Positions 26,346 to 40,165 of a stretch of 64,000 nt of DNA are shown piece after piece. The notes beneath the pieces were generated by a model. The model did not search any database and had not been told where the DNA came from. It worked only from the letters and a program-made list of their open reading frames with translations. Position 1 is the stretch's first letter. Each line of letters starts with the position of its first letter. The stretch covers positions 95,854,001 to 95,918,000 of the forward strand of contig NW_024704742.1 of assembly GCF_018977255.1 (NCBI RefSeq). Reading direction: 5' to 3'. A program made the position numbers and the translations under genes. This DNA comes from Callorhinchus milii. Lineage: Eukaryota.

Positions 26346-26980
26346 ACCATTTATTTACAAATTGAGACTAAATCTAAGAAATGCCCACAATTCTGCATCA
26401 TTTTAATTGTTAAAATACAATAGTCTTGCAGGCTAAGACGAGGTGAAATTTCTGGCAAGTAGTAAGTAGCTAATAACAGTGTTAAAATATTTGCACAAAC
26501 GCTAGTGGTGTTATATGTAGGGCAGAACTCTCAGGAAATTACACATGCTATTTATTGACTATGATCTGTTTTTCATGCGCCTGAATTCCAACCACCACAA
26601 AGAAGTCTTTGCTTTCAACCACACTTGGTCACAGGCTGTGTTTGTAACTGCATAAACCACGTAGTTAGTGTATCTTTATAAAATCAATTTGTGGTTGTCG
26701 TTGCCCTGCTCCTTGTTATTCTAGCTTACTGGAGTCAAAGTCGTGATCTGAATTTTGAGTTACTAAGAGAATATAACAGTGCTACTTATAGTAACAAGGC
26801 ATAAGTTGTAAACTTCATAGGAAAATAGAAATCACTCGACTGAGAATTGGGACGAATATTGACAATCAATGGTGGACTGCACACAAGTGGACACCTATTT
26901 ATGATACAATGTTATTTTCACAGAATCTCAAAGGAATTTTAGAAAGCAAAATTCTACAGTTTGGATAATAAGCCTAGCTG

Positions 26981-27735
26981 CAACAACAACAAGATTACAT
27001 TTATATAGCGCCTTTCATGTCGGGAGGACGTCCCAAGGTGCTGGACAGTGTACAGCATTTCAGACCCGAACTGGGGTCAGTGGGGGAGAAGGGAGGCGAG
27101 GGGAAGGGAGGTGGCCGATGGCATGGTCGAAAAGGAGGGTCTTGAGGCAGGACTTGAAGGAGGCTAAGGAGGGGGCGAGGTGGGGCGATTGGGGGATGGA
27201 GTTCCAGAGGTTGGGGGCAGAGTGGCTGAAGGCTCTCCCGCCAATGGTGGGGTGGGTGGGTCAGGGGACTTGGAGCAGGCCAGAGCTGGCTGAGCGGAGG
27301 GAGCTGTCGGGTTGATAGGGGGTTAGGAGGTCGCAGAGGTAGGGTGGGGTGAGGCCGTGGAGGACTTTGTACGTGAGGACCAGGATCTTGAACTGGATCC
27401 TCTGAAGGATAGGGAGCCAATGGAGTCGGGCGAGAATGGGGGAGATGGGGTCACCGAGTTTGGTGTGGGAGAGAACATGGGCTGCAGAGTTCTGGATTAT
27501 CTGCAGCCCTGTGGAGGGAGGAGTTGGAAAGACGACAAGTAGGGCGTTTGACAGTCGAGCCTGGAGGTGATGAAGGCATGAACTAGAGTTTCAGCGGCCT
27601 GAGGGGTGAGGTAGTGGCGGAGTCGGCGATGTTACGGAGGTGAGGGAAGGCAGAGTGGATCATGGCTTGGATGTGGGGAAAAAAAGACAGTTGAGGGTCG
27701 AACAAGACACCGAGGTTCCTGACCTCCACTGGAAT
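26981..27735 (-). mobile_element. L2 LINE 3' fragment (relatively young)
   Basis: GC-rich L2 ORF2 C-terminus on the minus strand; intact 3' stem-loop AGCGCCTTTCATGTCGGGAGGACGTCCCAAGGTGCT; (TTG)n tail. Confidence 0.92.
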
Positions 27736-28004
27736 GTGAACACATTTGGACTTTGGTTAAAGACAGTAACGGGCTCAGCTGTAATGCCCCACATGGTGAA
27801 ATCACTTGACATTACTGAGTCAGAAGGTTGTCAGTTCAAGTTCCACATCAAAACTTGGAAATCATCAACAACAAATTACACTGGTATAGCACCGTTCAGG
27901 TCGGAAAGACGTCCCAGGGCGCTGGAATCAGGGGTTTTGGATAATCTAGGCTGACACTCCAATGTAAATTCCTTATTTTTATTTACCAGAAGATTATTTC
28001 TCTT

Positions 28005-28290
28005 CGGATGAAAGTCTCCTCTATCTGCTTTCTGTGCCTTGTCTGTAAGTGTCCTATGTAAAATTCACCATGGTTATCTCAATATGTTTTGTGGCACATA
28101 ATTCCTCATGCTGTTGGCAGCTGCATTAGCTTGGACTCTTTCCTTTCTGGGCCACTGGTACTATGTAGAGTATTTTCAACAGCTTAGGTTGAGGCACATT
28201 TTTAGTGCTGAATAGATAGAGCTTGCTGCACCATACCACACTGAAATTGGATGCATGGATGGGGAAGTGTTCCATTTCCCAATGCTATCC
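28005..28290 (+). mobile_element. Possible LF-SINE-like relic
   Basis: GATGAAAGTCTCCTCT...CTGTAAGTGTCCTATGTAAAAT and GGTTGAGGCACATT resemble recalled LF-SINE motifs; heavily diverged. Confidence 0.35.
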
Positions 28291-30269
28291 TTTGAGGAAC
28301 ATACAATTTGGGGATGCTGCTGTGAGCAAATTGACTGCCGCATTTGCCCACAAAATATCCATAGCCACATCACTTTACAGTGTATCGACACCATATCAAA
28401 ATCAAGGATAATTATTATTTTTATATTATTACTAATTTCACTTTCTCAAAAAAAGGCAATTTGCTTGACATAAATATTGTATGTTAAAAGCTGAAAAGGT
28501 CTTTCAGTGCTTAAACGGTTAATAGAAGATGGCTGGATCATTTATAGTGCTGACTCAGGAAATCCATGAACCTGTGCACGTCTTCATTTGGATTTGAATA
28601 GGTTCTCACAGAGTCTGTGGATGCCATACTGGTGATTGACAGGCAGGCAATAGCAGTGTTATTGGAATATTTCAAATCATATGGATTTGCTTAATAACAG
28701 CTCAAAGGCAAGGAAGTACAAAGGAGAGTGTCAGAGTGTGTTTATTTTTGAAATTATTTGCTAAAAATGGGGTAAGAGAAGCGCTGTGAAACAACAATGA
28801 CAAAGATATTGGAGTCATAGCTGCATATGAATTCATCCATTTAGCCTTTTTAATATTTGGTTCAATATAATGACATGGATTTCATTTTTTAAAAAATCCA
28901 GAATTAATATTCAAGAGGTTCGAACATGTTTAGCTGTGAAAATGAAATCTAAAGGTTTTAATCTGAAGCATCACACAGAATAAGCTGTCTAGTGTCATCT
29001 TTATTGACACTACCTTATGTATACAGACACATGGAATGACTGCAGGTATCCATAAATCTACCCCCATTCAATACAATGCAGAACCACTATTATTCTTATA
29101 AACTAAGAATAAGATGTATATGGCATGGGATTTTATTGTACATAGTTTGCTTGACATGAAGCCTCATTTACTAATCTGTAAATTCAGGATTAGTGTGGTG
29201 CAGCTTATGTTGCGATTCGTGTATGCATTTCTCAGACACTTGAAATTGGTTAAATATTATTTTGAGCCTTCCAACCTCATGCCTCTTGTGCATGACACAT
29301 ATATTTTTGCCTTTTTGCTCCCTGTGGAGTGTTTTTTGTGTGTGAGGACATGCGTTGTGTCACATGCACATATTCTTCTCATACAGTTGGCAACTAGATT
29401 AGCCTACACTCTTCTGGAATTGCTGAACAGATGTGTATTTCTGACATGAGCCAAGTACGTGGCAATGCATTCTTTCCAAGCCTTAACTGAAACTTGAACT
29501 CCACAATAATACAATTGACAACACAATTAGAAGTTGAACTCAAACTCAATGCATTTCTGACTGAGGGAAACTTGCCAATTTAGTTCCCAATGATAGCACA
29601 TCCAGACACAGTTGGCTTTGTCATATTAAATGTTGAACATATAGTTATGTTCAGGTTTAACGTTCACATGTTTGATTGAAAAAATAAGAGCAATGAGTTT
29701 TGATATGTAGTACATTGAATTACACCAGTTGACTCACTCACAATGCCCTCGGCGAGGAAATGAATCTGGATTTAAATGTAGAAACAATTAGATTTGATTT
29801 TGTGAAATACAGTACTGTGTATAATCATCAGAGTAATACAGTAATTGGATTTGGCATAGTAGCTCATTGGTGACTTACACTGTCCAATGGAGAGGAAATC
29901 TGCTAAAATCTCTCATGTTCTCATGCTTAGCATCATTGCCTTAAAGGTTTAGTGAGGAATTGTAAAAAACAGTCATCTTCAGCCTTAATTTTGAAATCGT
30001 TTTTCCACCAGTGTATTTAGGTACAGTAGAAGATCTACTTCAAGATTAAGAATGAATTAAAGACTGTTTTCCAAAATTTGTCACTATCTTACATTTTACG
30101 AAAATGGTTTTAAAATGTAAGACCATTCACTCAGAGCATGGTGTATGTTGGGCACATGATCTGAGCTGAAGCATTTGTAATGATGTTGAGAAGTGGAATG
30201 GAATTCTTGAAGGAATGGAGAATCTATTGATGTCCTGGTTTTACATGTTCTTCCTGGTACTTCCATTTG

Positions 30270-30790
30270 GAAAACGGTGTACAGCTCTGGTCACTATATT
30301 ACAGTAAGTATATAATGTAGCATTGGAGAGAGAGTAGTGTAGATTTACAAGGATGTTATCAGGGATCAGTTGGTAATACTCATCAAGAAAGATTGGACAG
30401 GTTGCAGTTTCCTCTCCAGAGATGTGACAATTGAGATTGGCTCCTAAGAGTTGTTTAAGATTACGAAAGGTTTGATAAGGTGAATGTTTAGTAGCTGTTT
30501 CCACTTGTTGAGGGAGTATAAATATAAGATAGCTAGTAGAAGACCTAAAGGGAGTTTAGGAGTAAATAGAGGATGGTGAGAAAGTGGATCCCATTGCCAA
30601 CAGTTGTGGTTGAAGGAAAAAAATTAATGTGTTTAAGAGAAAATGTGATGTGTACATGAATGAGAAGGGAATAGAAAGGAGAATAGGAGAGGGGAATGGG
30701 GTGTGGAGGGCAGGGGCGGTGGGTGGAAGAGGGGGAAAAGGGACAGAGGCATGTCTAAATTGGAGGCATGAATGGGTTGCCAAACCATTC
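30270..30790 (+). mobile_element. Old CR1 LINE 3' fragment
   Basis: GTACAGCTCTGGTCACTATATTAC...GCATTGGAGAGAGTAGTGTAGATTTACAAGGATG are CR1 RT motifs. Confidence 0.7.
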
Positions 30791-31209
30791 ACCAGCAAAT
30801 TGTGTAAAGGGTTGTGTAGGATCAGGGAAGTAAATAATCATTAAAATAAGATAAATATCATTTTTAAAACAATAATGATTCTATACATTCATCTATAAAT
30901 ATTGGCCACGGAATGCAATATTCATTATTTGGACCTCTGACTAATTCCTTACTAGTACATTTGGCAAATTTTAACATTGATGAATAATATAAATGGTCTA
31001 ATACCACACAAGTATTGTGCCATTAGTTTAATCAGCCCTGAAACAAATCTGTACACAATGTGCTCTTACTACAAATCAAAATGGGATTACATTTCACTTG
31101 GCTAAAGAGCAGGTTTTACCTTTGTTCCTTTTTAGCTGAGCTTCAAGGAACAAAACCACCAGATTTTGCCCTTTGAAGGGATCTGGCTTCAAAACTAACC
31201 ATAACTAAT

Positions 31210-31445
31210 GGAATGATAGGTTCAGATGAAGAAAGCCTTTCAGCCCATTTGATCTCAACTTCCAGAATACCCACACTACCATCTACCAATTCATCACCAG
31301 CCTGTTTCTTAAATGAGCCCAGTGACCTGGCCTCAACCACTTACTGGTAACCCGTTCCAGCTGCTGATTGAGCCATGTATGAAATGTCGCTTTCTCATTT
31401 GAATGCTTCCTAAAAAACTGTGTTTAAGCAGTTTTCACCCATGTC
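31210..31445 (-). mobile_element. CR1 3' tail fragment
   Basis: GCCTTTCAGCCCATTTGATCTCAACTTCCAGAA...GCCTCAACCAC, homologous to the 20172 copy. Confidence 0.7.
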
Positions 31446-31789
31446 CAGTAGGGGCAAGTGCATATCATGAATACAGCCATTATTTAATTCAAAATTGGAA
31501 CTAAATTGTCAGAATTACTCATATGGATGGCTGTATGGAAATTGGAAATAGTCACACTGGTGGAACAGATGTGCTCTTCTGGGGATCTACAAAGGCATAT
31601 TGTTGTGGCTAGGGTGAAGAGAGTTTTATTCCAAATCTAGTTTGTGATCATTTCTGCTCGAGTGTGCTTGATGTTGACATAGTGTGCAAAAAGTGCTCTG
31701 CATGGGTATGTCTAACTTTAGAAGCAGAAATTATAAAAGTATCAATTGTAGAATCCTGTCATGAAATACCACAAAATAAACCCTAATTC

Positions 31790-32050
31790 CAATGGGTAAC
31801 GAAAATAATGAAAGGAATTGATAAGTTCGATAGTGGACAATTCTATCATTTGGTAAAGGGATCAATTGCAAAACGGTAGAGCCTTAAAATCAGAACACAG
31901 AGCTGAGTATGGAAAGCATTTCTTCACACATAGGAATGTAGAGATGTAAAATACTCTTTCCCAGAAATTTGTACCACCAGAATAGACAGAATAGACCAAC
32001 AGATAGACAGAAACCTGGGTAGTAGAGGTATTAAAGAGTAGTGCAAAGGA
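31790..32050 (+). mobile_element. Old CR1 fragment
   Basis: AAAATAATGAAAGGAATTGATAAG...GCATTTCTTCACACATAGG. Confidence 0.55.
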
Positions 32051-33124
32051 GCCTCCATCTGCAATGTAAATATCTATGATTCCAGTCCTAACCCAACAGA
32101 AGGAAAACAGAATTGAATGCCTTCAGGAGAGAAAGAGCAAGGGATAACATTGACAAAGGCACAATTAAGTCAGAGAAAAATTGTATCTGATCCAGGGATA
32201 AAGTAGTCACTCATTGTTGCCATCAATAACCAAAGATCCTTCTGTAAGAAGACCAGTTGCATAATTATAATAAATAATCTGGAAAAGAGAAAAGAAAGGT
32301 ACCAGGTCAAGAGATCACCCAATGGGTCAATGGTCCAGGAAGGATGAGACTCTTGAAAGTGATTGTGGTGAGATGTTGTTGAATGGCAGGAGAAATAAAA
32401 ACACCTCCCAGCCACAACTGCTCCCTGGACTCACCAGTGACAGTGATGTATTATTCACCCATAATGCATACATTAATGCGTAGGCTGAGCGCACAGCTAT
32501 ACACTCTTGATCGCGAGAGGCTCCGCCATGTGATTATTTTCTCCCACTTATTTAGAATAATTGCAGTAGTTTGAGCCGCTTGCGCTATTCATTTCAAGCT
32601 TACTGTATTTTGTTACTTATAATTATCTGCTTCTGTTTGTAATGTAGCTTGTGGTATAGTTTGCATTCTTAGAAGGCACTCAGCCATTCAACTCCCATAA
32701 CTCATTGTTTAGGAACTCATAGATAATTGGCTTGACAACTCATTCAAATTAGAAATATGCAATATACACAAATCCATAAAATAACCTGGTTAGGTTTTTC
32801 TCTCTACATTTACCCGCCCACCCCCCCCAGCTCTCCTGAAGATGCTAGACCATGGTTCCACTGTAAAGGGGAACCCTGTAACAGTGCCCTCTGGTACAAC
32901 ACAGTCTCGCTTATAACACTGGTGTCTAGTGGATCCGTAGTAACCAAATGCTTCTGACATTAATTAGCCATGTATCTGTACTTCCACATTGTCAGTTTCG
33001 TGCTGAGGACACGTCCTGTACATTACTCAGATGCCAGTTATGTGCAGAAGGTAATGCTGGCATCACTTCCTGTGTGCTGCACAAACATACCATGCGCAGG
33101 AGATGCCAATGATATCACTTCGTA

Positions 33125-33485
33125 AAGGAGGATATCTCAAAACGCTTCACAAGATTTATTGCCTATGTATTTTGCAGGTCAACGCATAGTCAATTTGCAC
33201 ACAGCAATATTCCACAGATGGCCATGAAGTAGATAACCAAATATATTCAGGGGATTGTTGGTCAGGACCCTGGGGGAAACTCCTTTCTCTGTTCAAACAA
33301 TTCTGTGGGATCTTTAAAATCCCCCTAAACAGGCAAACATCCCATTTGAAGGACAGCACCCCCACAGCACTCTACTGGAGTGTCACCCCTCGAAGATATA
33401 CTTTCAAAGTCACAATGTGGATCTTGAACCCATAACCTTCTGACTCAGAAGCCAGAATGCTCCACGCTGAGCCAGACTGACACCT
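33125..33485 (-). mobile_element. SacSINE1-like SINE (family B)
   Basis: Head reverse complement GTCAGTCTGGCTCAGCGTGGAGCATTCTGGCTTCTGAGTCAGAAGGTTATGGGTTCAAG; Deu core. Confidence 0.8.
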
Positions 33486-33539
33486 GCTCAGTTAGGTTGC
33501 TTTGTGCAGTTGTGACACCTGGCAATGAGATCATAACTC

Positions 33540-33885
33540 CAGTGGCCTAGTGGTGTAGTTGGTAGAATCACTGCCCTGTGAGACAAAACCATTCAGGTTG
33601 CTTCAATCCCAGTCAGCTGAGTCAGCTGATTTCAGCCGGGCTGGAAATGGGACTTCAAAATTGATTTCAGTGCACTGGGATCAGGGGAGACAATTCAAGC
33701 AGGATTCCCCACTCCTAATCACTATCTGGAGACACAGATTGCACATATGTGGACAGCAGATAAGGACAGGATTGGGCTTGGCCATGATGCCCCTCTTCCC
33801 TTGGCCAAATAGTCTGTTAAGATTCAGACAATGATCAAAATGATTTGCACATAAATAATGACCACTTGGTTCATGTAAGGTAGGG
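33540..33885 (+). mobile_element. Family C SINE-like element (best copy)
   Basis: A/B-box-like head GTGGCCTAGTGG...TTCAATCCCAGTCAGCTGAG; body GGACAGGATTGGGCTTGGCCATGATGCCC; ATGACCACTTGG. Confidence 0.7.
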
Positions 33886-34294
33886 CAATAACAACAATAA
33901 CTTGGATTTATATAGCTCCCTGTATGCCGGGTAGCATCCTGGAGCATTTAACAGTGTAGGGCACCCAACACTGTTGGAACCACACCCCTAGTAAAAGGAG
34001 TCAGGCACCTTCAGAAGAGAAGGCGAAAAAACAAAGAACATGTTTAGACTTATGCCAGGATTACAAGCAGACAGCAACCCAACCTTTATCAGAAATGTTA
34101 CTATACGAATGAGGTACTGATATTTCTTCATGAGGCAGTTGCTGCTTGTTGTTTTGACATTGTCATCAGTGATTTCTATTTCACAATAAACAGAGTGGAA
34201 TCCCAATGCCCGCACCCTCAGTAACGTCAAAGCCAATTGTGATTGAAATGCTGCTAATATATCAAGCGACCACAAACATGCTATATGACATGAC

Positions 34295-34875
34295 ATAAAT
34301 GTGTCAGAAGTTGTAGGTTCAAGCACCTCATCAGGACACTGAATTTACCGTCTTGGTTGACACTCCAATCCATTGCTTGTGTTGCTTTGTCAGAGGTGCC
34401 GTTCTTCGAGTAACACATTAAACTGAGATCCTGTCTGCCTGTTCAGTTGGATGTTAAAAATTCCTTTCCAACAATTCCCTAGGTGAAAATGATGATTCAA
34501 TTTCTGCTGTTCATAGACTCATAGAATCATAGAATTATACAGCACAGAAGGAGGCCATTTAGCCCATCGTATCTATTCCGGCTCTTTCAAAAGAGCTATC
34601 CAATTCAATCCCACTCCCTCGCTCTCTCCCCATGGTCCTGCAAACTTGTCCTCCCCAAATAATTATCTACTTCTCTCTTAAAAGCTGTTATCGAATTGGC
34701 TTCCCTTCACCCTTCAGGCAATGCATGTTAGTGGGACACTGTTATATGCAAATTGGCTGCCTCATTTGCCTAAAAATGCATAGTCCCTGCACTTCACAGT
34801 GAAATTCTGTGAGGTGCTTAGGATGTCTCAATGTCATGATAAGGCGATATAACAAATGTAAAGATTATTATCATT
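34295..34875 (+). mobile_element. Family B SINE interrupted by a minus-strand CR1-type tail (about 34515-34725)
   Basis: Deu core at 34390-34460; insert starts ATAGAATCATAGAATTATACAGCACAGAAGGAGGCCATT; the SINE resumes at GTGGGACACTG. Confidence 0.75.
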
Positions 34876-35274
34876 ATACATTTGCTCTGAGGGCCATGTC
34901 ATCATTGATTTTATTTATGGTTTGATTCTTGTATTTACTAAATTTGGGATCTGCTACTTTTCTCCACCCAATCCCAATTTATTTGCACCACTCCTCCCCA
35001 CATTACTAGTTTGCCGTGTTAGTTCTATGCACACAAATCTACCAGAGGGCATCATTTAATTCTTAATGGAGTTGTTAATATGTAATTACTCTGCAAATCT
35101 GTTATCATTTACAAAAAACAGACATGTACCTTTTAAACTTGATACCTTGTTTTGAAGAATTTTGAGAAATCCAATGGGGTGAATTTTGCAGTATTTTTAA
35201 TTAAATCCATGACGCCAACTGGTGGGATAACCAATCCAAGTTTATATATTTTCAGAGTGGGGCTCCCTTGAGTT

Positions 35275-35512
35275 AGAGTGTCACCACCCTCTGGAACTCC
35301 ATTCCGCAGTCCCTCCGCCTCTCCCCCTCCCTTCAAGACCCGTGTCAAGACCCTCCTCTTCGACCATGACATCGATCATCCTCCTTCCCCCACTACCCTC
35401 CAAACTCTCTGATCTCATCCCCCAGCTCAGGTTCAAAATAATGATTGTCCAGCGCCTTGGGACGTGCTCCCGATGTGAAAGGCATTGTACAAATGTAATT
35501 TTGTTGTTGTAG
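35275..35512 (+). mobile_element. L2 3' end
   Basis: CTCTGGAACTCCATTCCGCAGTCCCTCCGCC...TTCAAGACC; stem-loop and (TTG)n tail. Confidence 0.85.
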
Positions 35513-35694
35513 TTGAACAGGCAGAGGAGAACTCGGTTTAATGTCTCATTCAAAGGATGGCATCCTTGAACAATGCAGTGCTCCTCACCAGAGTACTAGG
35601 ATAGTTTGTGAGCTCCAAGTGCTGCTGTGAGGCTTGAACTCACAGAGGTTTGTCTCAGAGGCAAAAATGCTACCAACTGAGCCAGAACGACACC
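35513..35694 (-). mobile_element. Family B SINE 5' half
   Basis: CTCGGTTTAATGTCTCATTCAAAGG...CCAACTGAGCCAG..GACACCTG. Confidence 0.7.
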
Positions 35695-35894
35695 TGTTAT
35701 CACATTTGTAGTAGAAAATCTTCTACAAATGAGGGCACACGAGTGAATACTGGCACAATCCTATTTACATTTGAATTTCTAATGCATTATATGACAGGAT
35801 TCAATAGGCAATGGCTTTTTTAAAATTGGATCCTATACTCGTAGTAGGGCGCTTTTAAGATTTAGAAGGACTCTCATGATCAGTAGGAAGTTTT

Positions 35895-36160
35895 CATCCT
35901 GGTTGGTTGCTCAAGAGGACCTGGGTTCGATTCCTAGGAGGGTTGAAACTTTCGGCAAGTTTCCTTACTCCAGACGACTCTGTTTGCCTAGCAGAAAGTA
36001 GGAACCTGGTTAATAATCCCTCGAAAAAAAAATAACAATTTGGTCAATGTGTTTGGGACACTGCTGTGAGCAATTGGCTATCGAGTTTCACCCACAAACA
36101 CAGTCACTACACTTTACAGTATATCCTGTGAAGCACTCTGAGACATCTCAAAGACAAGTT
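35895..36160 (+). mobile_element. SINE family A, degraded
   Basis: GAGGACCTGGGTTCGATTCC...GGCAAGTTTCCTTACTCC...TAATAATCCCTCG. Confidence 0.75.
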
Positions 36161-36598
36161 AAGCCAGTGTCTTGTTATCGGGAATTTACTGTATATGCAT
36201 TTTGATTGCTGCATGTTAATTTCCACTCTTGCAAGGTGGAAGAGTAGAAATTAACTTGCAGTGTGAATGAATTTTAAAACTGGATAATGACCCATTTAAA
36301 TCATCAAGTGAACTTTCATAAAATTATCATTACTGTGATTTAAAAGCCATCAACAACTAATGTACAAATCCTCCCTTGCAAAGGACGCAAGTCTTTTCTT
36401 AATGCAGTGAGAATGTTGAAATGCCTGGAAAGTGTTCCAGTGTTGTATTTGTAAAAAAGGAATACTCAGCGATATGAGGGCATCATTGTACCACAAATCA
36501 GGCCATTCATTAATAATCTTCATAAGTACGGTCTATGGACAATGTAATGGTTTTGAGCATTTATAATAATAATAATCTTTGCATTTGGTATTGGTCCT

Positions 36599-37090
36599 GT
36601 GTCAACCTGGCTCAGTTGGCAGCACTCTGAGTCAGAACAACAAGACAACAACAACAAGATTCCATTTATAAAGCGCCTTTCACGTCAGGAGGACGTCCCA
36701 AGGCGCTGAAAGGTTATGGATACAAGCCCCACATTGGGATGTGGATACAGATAGTCTAAGATGACACTCCAGTGCAGTATTGGGGGTGTGCTGTATTGTT
36801 GGAGGTATAATGCTTTGGATGAGAGATTAAACCGAGGTCCTGCCTGCCTGTCCAGGTGGATGTTAAAGATCCTATGGCAGTATTTGAAAAAAGAAAGGAG
36901 TTTCTCCCAGTGTGCTGGACAATAATCTCCCCAATAAAATTCCATGGCTGTTTGTAAGACATTGCTGTGTGCATATTGGCTGCCACGTTGTCCAAAAAAT
37001 ATACAGTCCCAGCACTTTACAGTATATACTGTGAAGCACTTTGAGATGTCTCAAGAATGTGATAAGACCCTTATACCAAATGCAAATATT
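36599..37090 (+). mobile_element. Family B SINE with a ~70-bp antisense L2 tail inserted in its head (36638-36707)
   Basis: GTCAACCTGGCTCAGTTGGCAGCACTCTGAGTCAGAA | L2 tail | GAAAGGTTATGG; intact Deu core GATGAGAGATTAAACCGAGGTCC. Confidence 0.85.
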
Positions 37091-38959
37091 GTAGATTTGT
37101 TGTCCTATAACTTTGAGAATGTTTCAAAGCACTTCACAAAAGTTAAGTGTATTTGTAGGGGAACATTTAATTCCAAGGGAATCAGTTTGTCTACAAGCTA
37201 CACCATCAAAGGTGATGGCAGTTCCCTTTAAAGGGTGGACCTTTACCATTTCCGGATGGGAAAGAACCTAGGAGAGCCTGATGGCAGGTCCAAGCATTTT
37301 GGGGAAGATTGTGTAACAAAATAATAAATTTTGCAATGTGGCTTATCACATCATGGCATAAGTGATTGCCTCTTGTTTGTCGACATCAGAAAAACTTTTC
37401 TTAAAAATGAAGTGGAATTTCTAAGAAGTTTACAGGACCAATTGATTTCCCTCCCACTTAACGTACACAGAGCATTTCCTTTCTGCTCTGAATTTTACTC
37501 TGTGACCTCCCTGTCAAGACCGCTCTCGCTTCTTGCTCACTTTTATGTGATTGTTTTCTTGCCAAGAGGGCGAGTGAGCACAAGCTGAAGCCTTTCTCAG
37601 AGCTTTGCGACTGACAGAACACATTAGAGGTACTTAGCTTTGCTAGGGCTGAAACCCATAATCATTGTGGTGAGAGCAAGTGACTTAACCGCCCAGTCAC
37701 TGTGCAACTTTCTAATTCACGTCTGTGAGACCTAGGCTATAATAAAGGACTGTTTACATTTTTGCAGTTTTTTTGGTTTTGCATTTTGCCATTTCAAATG
37801 TAGCCTGCCCTTTACCCACAGCTTCAAGTGCACTGCATTTGACAAAGGGCTATGCAACAGGAACAAAGAACATTAATTGAACCCCACAACATTGTGTGCC
37901 GAGGTTATTAAGTTTTTGTTATTAATAAACTCGAGGCATAGCATTGTTTATGAATACTTTTCCTAAATGATACTATGGGCTTCAAAAACATCAATGGCAA
38001 GTTGAAATCGTCACATTTCATGAAGAATGCAATTAAGACGGTTCTCTTTTCTGCCACAGTAACTATTTTATTACTAGAATTAGAGATTATAAGTCTGCTA
38101 TCTCTGTTCCCTGATTGTTTCGTTTTTTATATTTGTTTCTGTTTATTTTTAACAGATGTCGTCCTATAAGTGCCTAAGTAAAACATTTTACACTTTAACA
38201 AACTATGTCTTGGGACTTGATGCTAATTATCTCGCTGTCTTTCTAAGCAAGCTGGAGTTGGCTGGAATGGGGAATGTCAGGGATGTATCAGAAGAGACCA
38301 GTGTTTCATGTGGAAAGCTGGCAGCCTTGCCTTTTTCTGTCAACAACTCAGCGGCCGCATTTGATGCCATGAGTGGTGATTGTGCTCTTGTTACTATAGG
38401 AAGTAAACAAGAAAATGAATTCCGTGGCACAACACAGCCTCTTTGTCTCCTCAAAATGCTGGGATTGGACGTGAGCCAAGCAAGCTGAGAGTCTGAGTGC
38501 TTGTGTCATCAGTATTCTGGGACTCGTGGAAGCTTGCTTTTCTGTCAGACTGTCATGGAAGAGCATTTGTGGTGAACATGGGAAGGGTTACATTCTGGGC
38601 TTCTCAAAACTGCACCACATGACACAGGCACTACACTGCTTTGACCAACTGTTGTGCTGATTTATTGCTAAAGTGTGTCAGCCAGCGATCATTAGAAAAA
38701 GGAAAGGATTACAGACCCAACTGGTTGGTGAGCTTCATATTTCAAGCCTGCTTTTGTTTCGGCAATTATTCCAATCGTCTCCAGTTCAACTTAAGATGTG
38801 TTTTTTTTACGCAGCAAAGTGCAGTGTTACATACAAGTACTGCATATTTGTGAGAAAAATTGTACCAGGGGATTAGGCACCGAAGCCCATCTGTGATCAA
38901 ACTGGTGTTATTCAGGTCACCCAAGGGAGAGGAGTATACATTTCCAATGGTATGTTGTA

Positions 38960-39283
38960 TGGTATTAGAGCTTATAATCTATGCTGACATTTCAGTACAT
39001 TGTTGGCGAGTACTATTTTATTGGAGATGTTGTTCCTTGGATAAGATATTTGAACATGTTTTTGTCTGCTTGTTCTTCAGAAAGACTTTAAAAGTGCAAT
39101 GACACTATTCAAAACGAGAATGGAATTTCTCTCCCATTGTCCCGGCCACCAATTCTACAGATTAATAGGTCACTCACCTATCTCATGGCTGTTTGTGGAA
39201 CTTTGCCATGCAAATATTTATCATGTTTGCCTTCATTTGATTGTAAAACACTTTGAGATATTTTAATGTGATACGGTGCTATA
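38960..39283 (+). mobile_element. Family B SINE, degraded
   Basis: GCTGACATTTCAGTAC...GACACTATTCAAA...TGTCCCGGCCA...GCTGTTTGTGG. Confidence 0.6.
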
Positions 39284-39984
39284 ACCCAACCCAGATAGAA
39301 ATACAGGTCTTGTCTCTGCTGACTGTGAGTATTCTGTATGACTGAATGCAGTCAGTTCCTGCTTTGTTCCTCATGGCCTTAAACCCACAGTACAAGTTGG
39401 ATTTAATGGTCCTATTCAATTAAGAGAGGCCACTAGAACTAATGTTGCCTTCACTCCTGGGGATTAAGTGCATGTTCAACTACTTGCAAGAGGGATTTTC
39501 TTCCTCTTTGTATATACAATATTTCAATGATTGCACTATTTTGCCAATGTTATATATTTACTTTTACTGTAACTTTTACCAATTTGTATTGATGTACAGA
39601 CTCAGTTTGATTCACAAAACTTGCATCTGTATAGTAACTTGTGACTTGTAGACTTGATCCACCTTAAATTAAACTGACCACAGAAAGAAGGGAAACTTTG
39701 TTTTAAATAGGCCACTACAACAAAACATAAAGGGTGATGAGCAGATCCTAACATCTAGAATTGTCCTCTTCACAATCAGCCCCTGCCTCCACATATATTG
39801 TGAGTCAATGGGTTTTTCCACACTAACCCTCTCTCTCTGCTCCTTTTCATAAAAACAACTTTATATTCCTCGACCACATGTCGCTTTTTCATTCTCAAGG
39901 CAAAGTCCATAGTTTTTCAACTTGCCAATTTTGCTTCTTTACCTCTTCTGAAAGCATCTGTCTCTTTTCTTATTTTACTAGGTT

Positions 39985-40165
39985 AGTGGTTTCACAGGCA
40001 CCAGGCACCCACGTGGCCATTATTCATGTGTGAGCAATGACTGTGAGTGTCGGCAGGGTATTCAACCTGGCAGAGTATTGCAGCAAAGACCATTTCTGCT
40101 CTTTCCAGACACTCATACAAATAACATCTCCAGCAAAGGTCCCTTGGATACAATTTGTGGACTGA
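39985..40165 (-). mobile_element. Family C 3' part
   Basis: GTGGCCATTATTCATGTGTGAGC...GAGTGTCGGCAGG. Confidence 0.6.
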
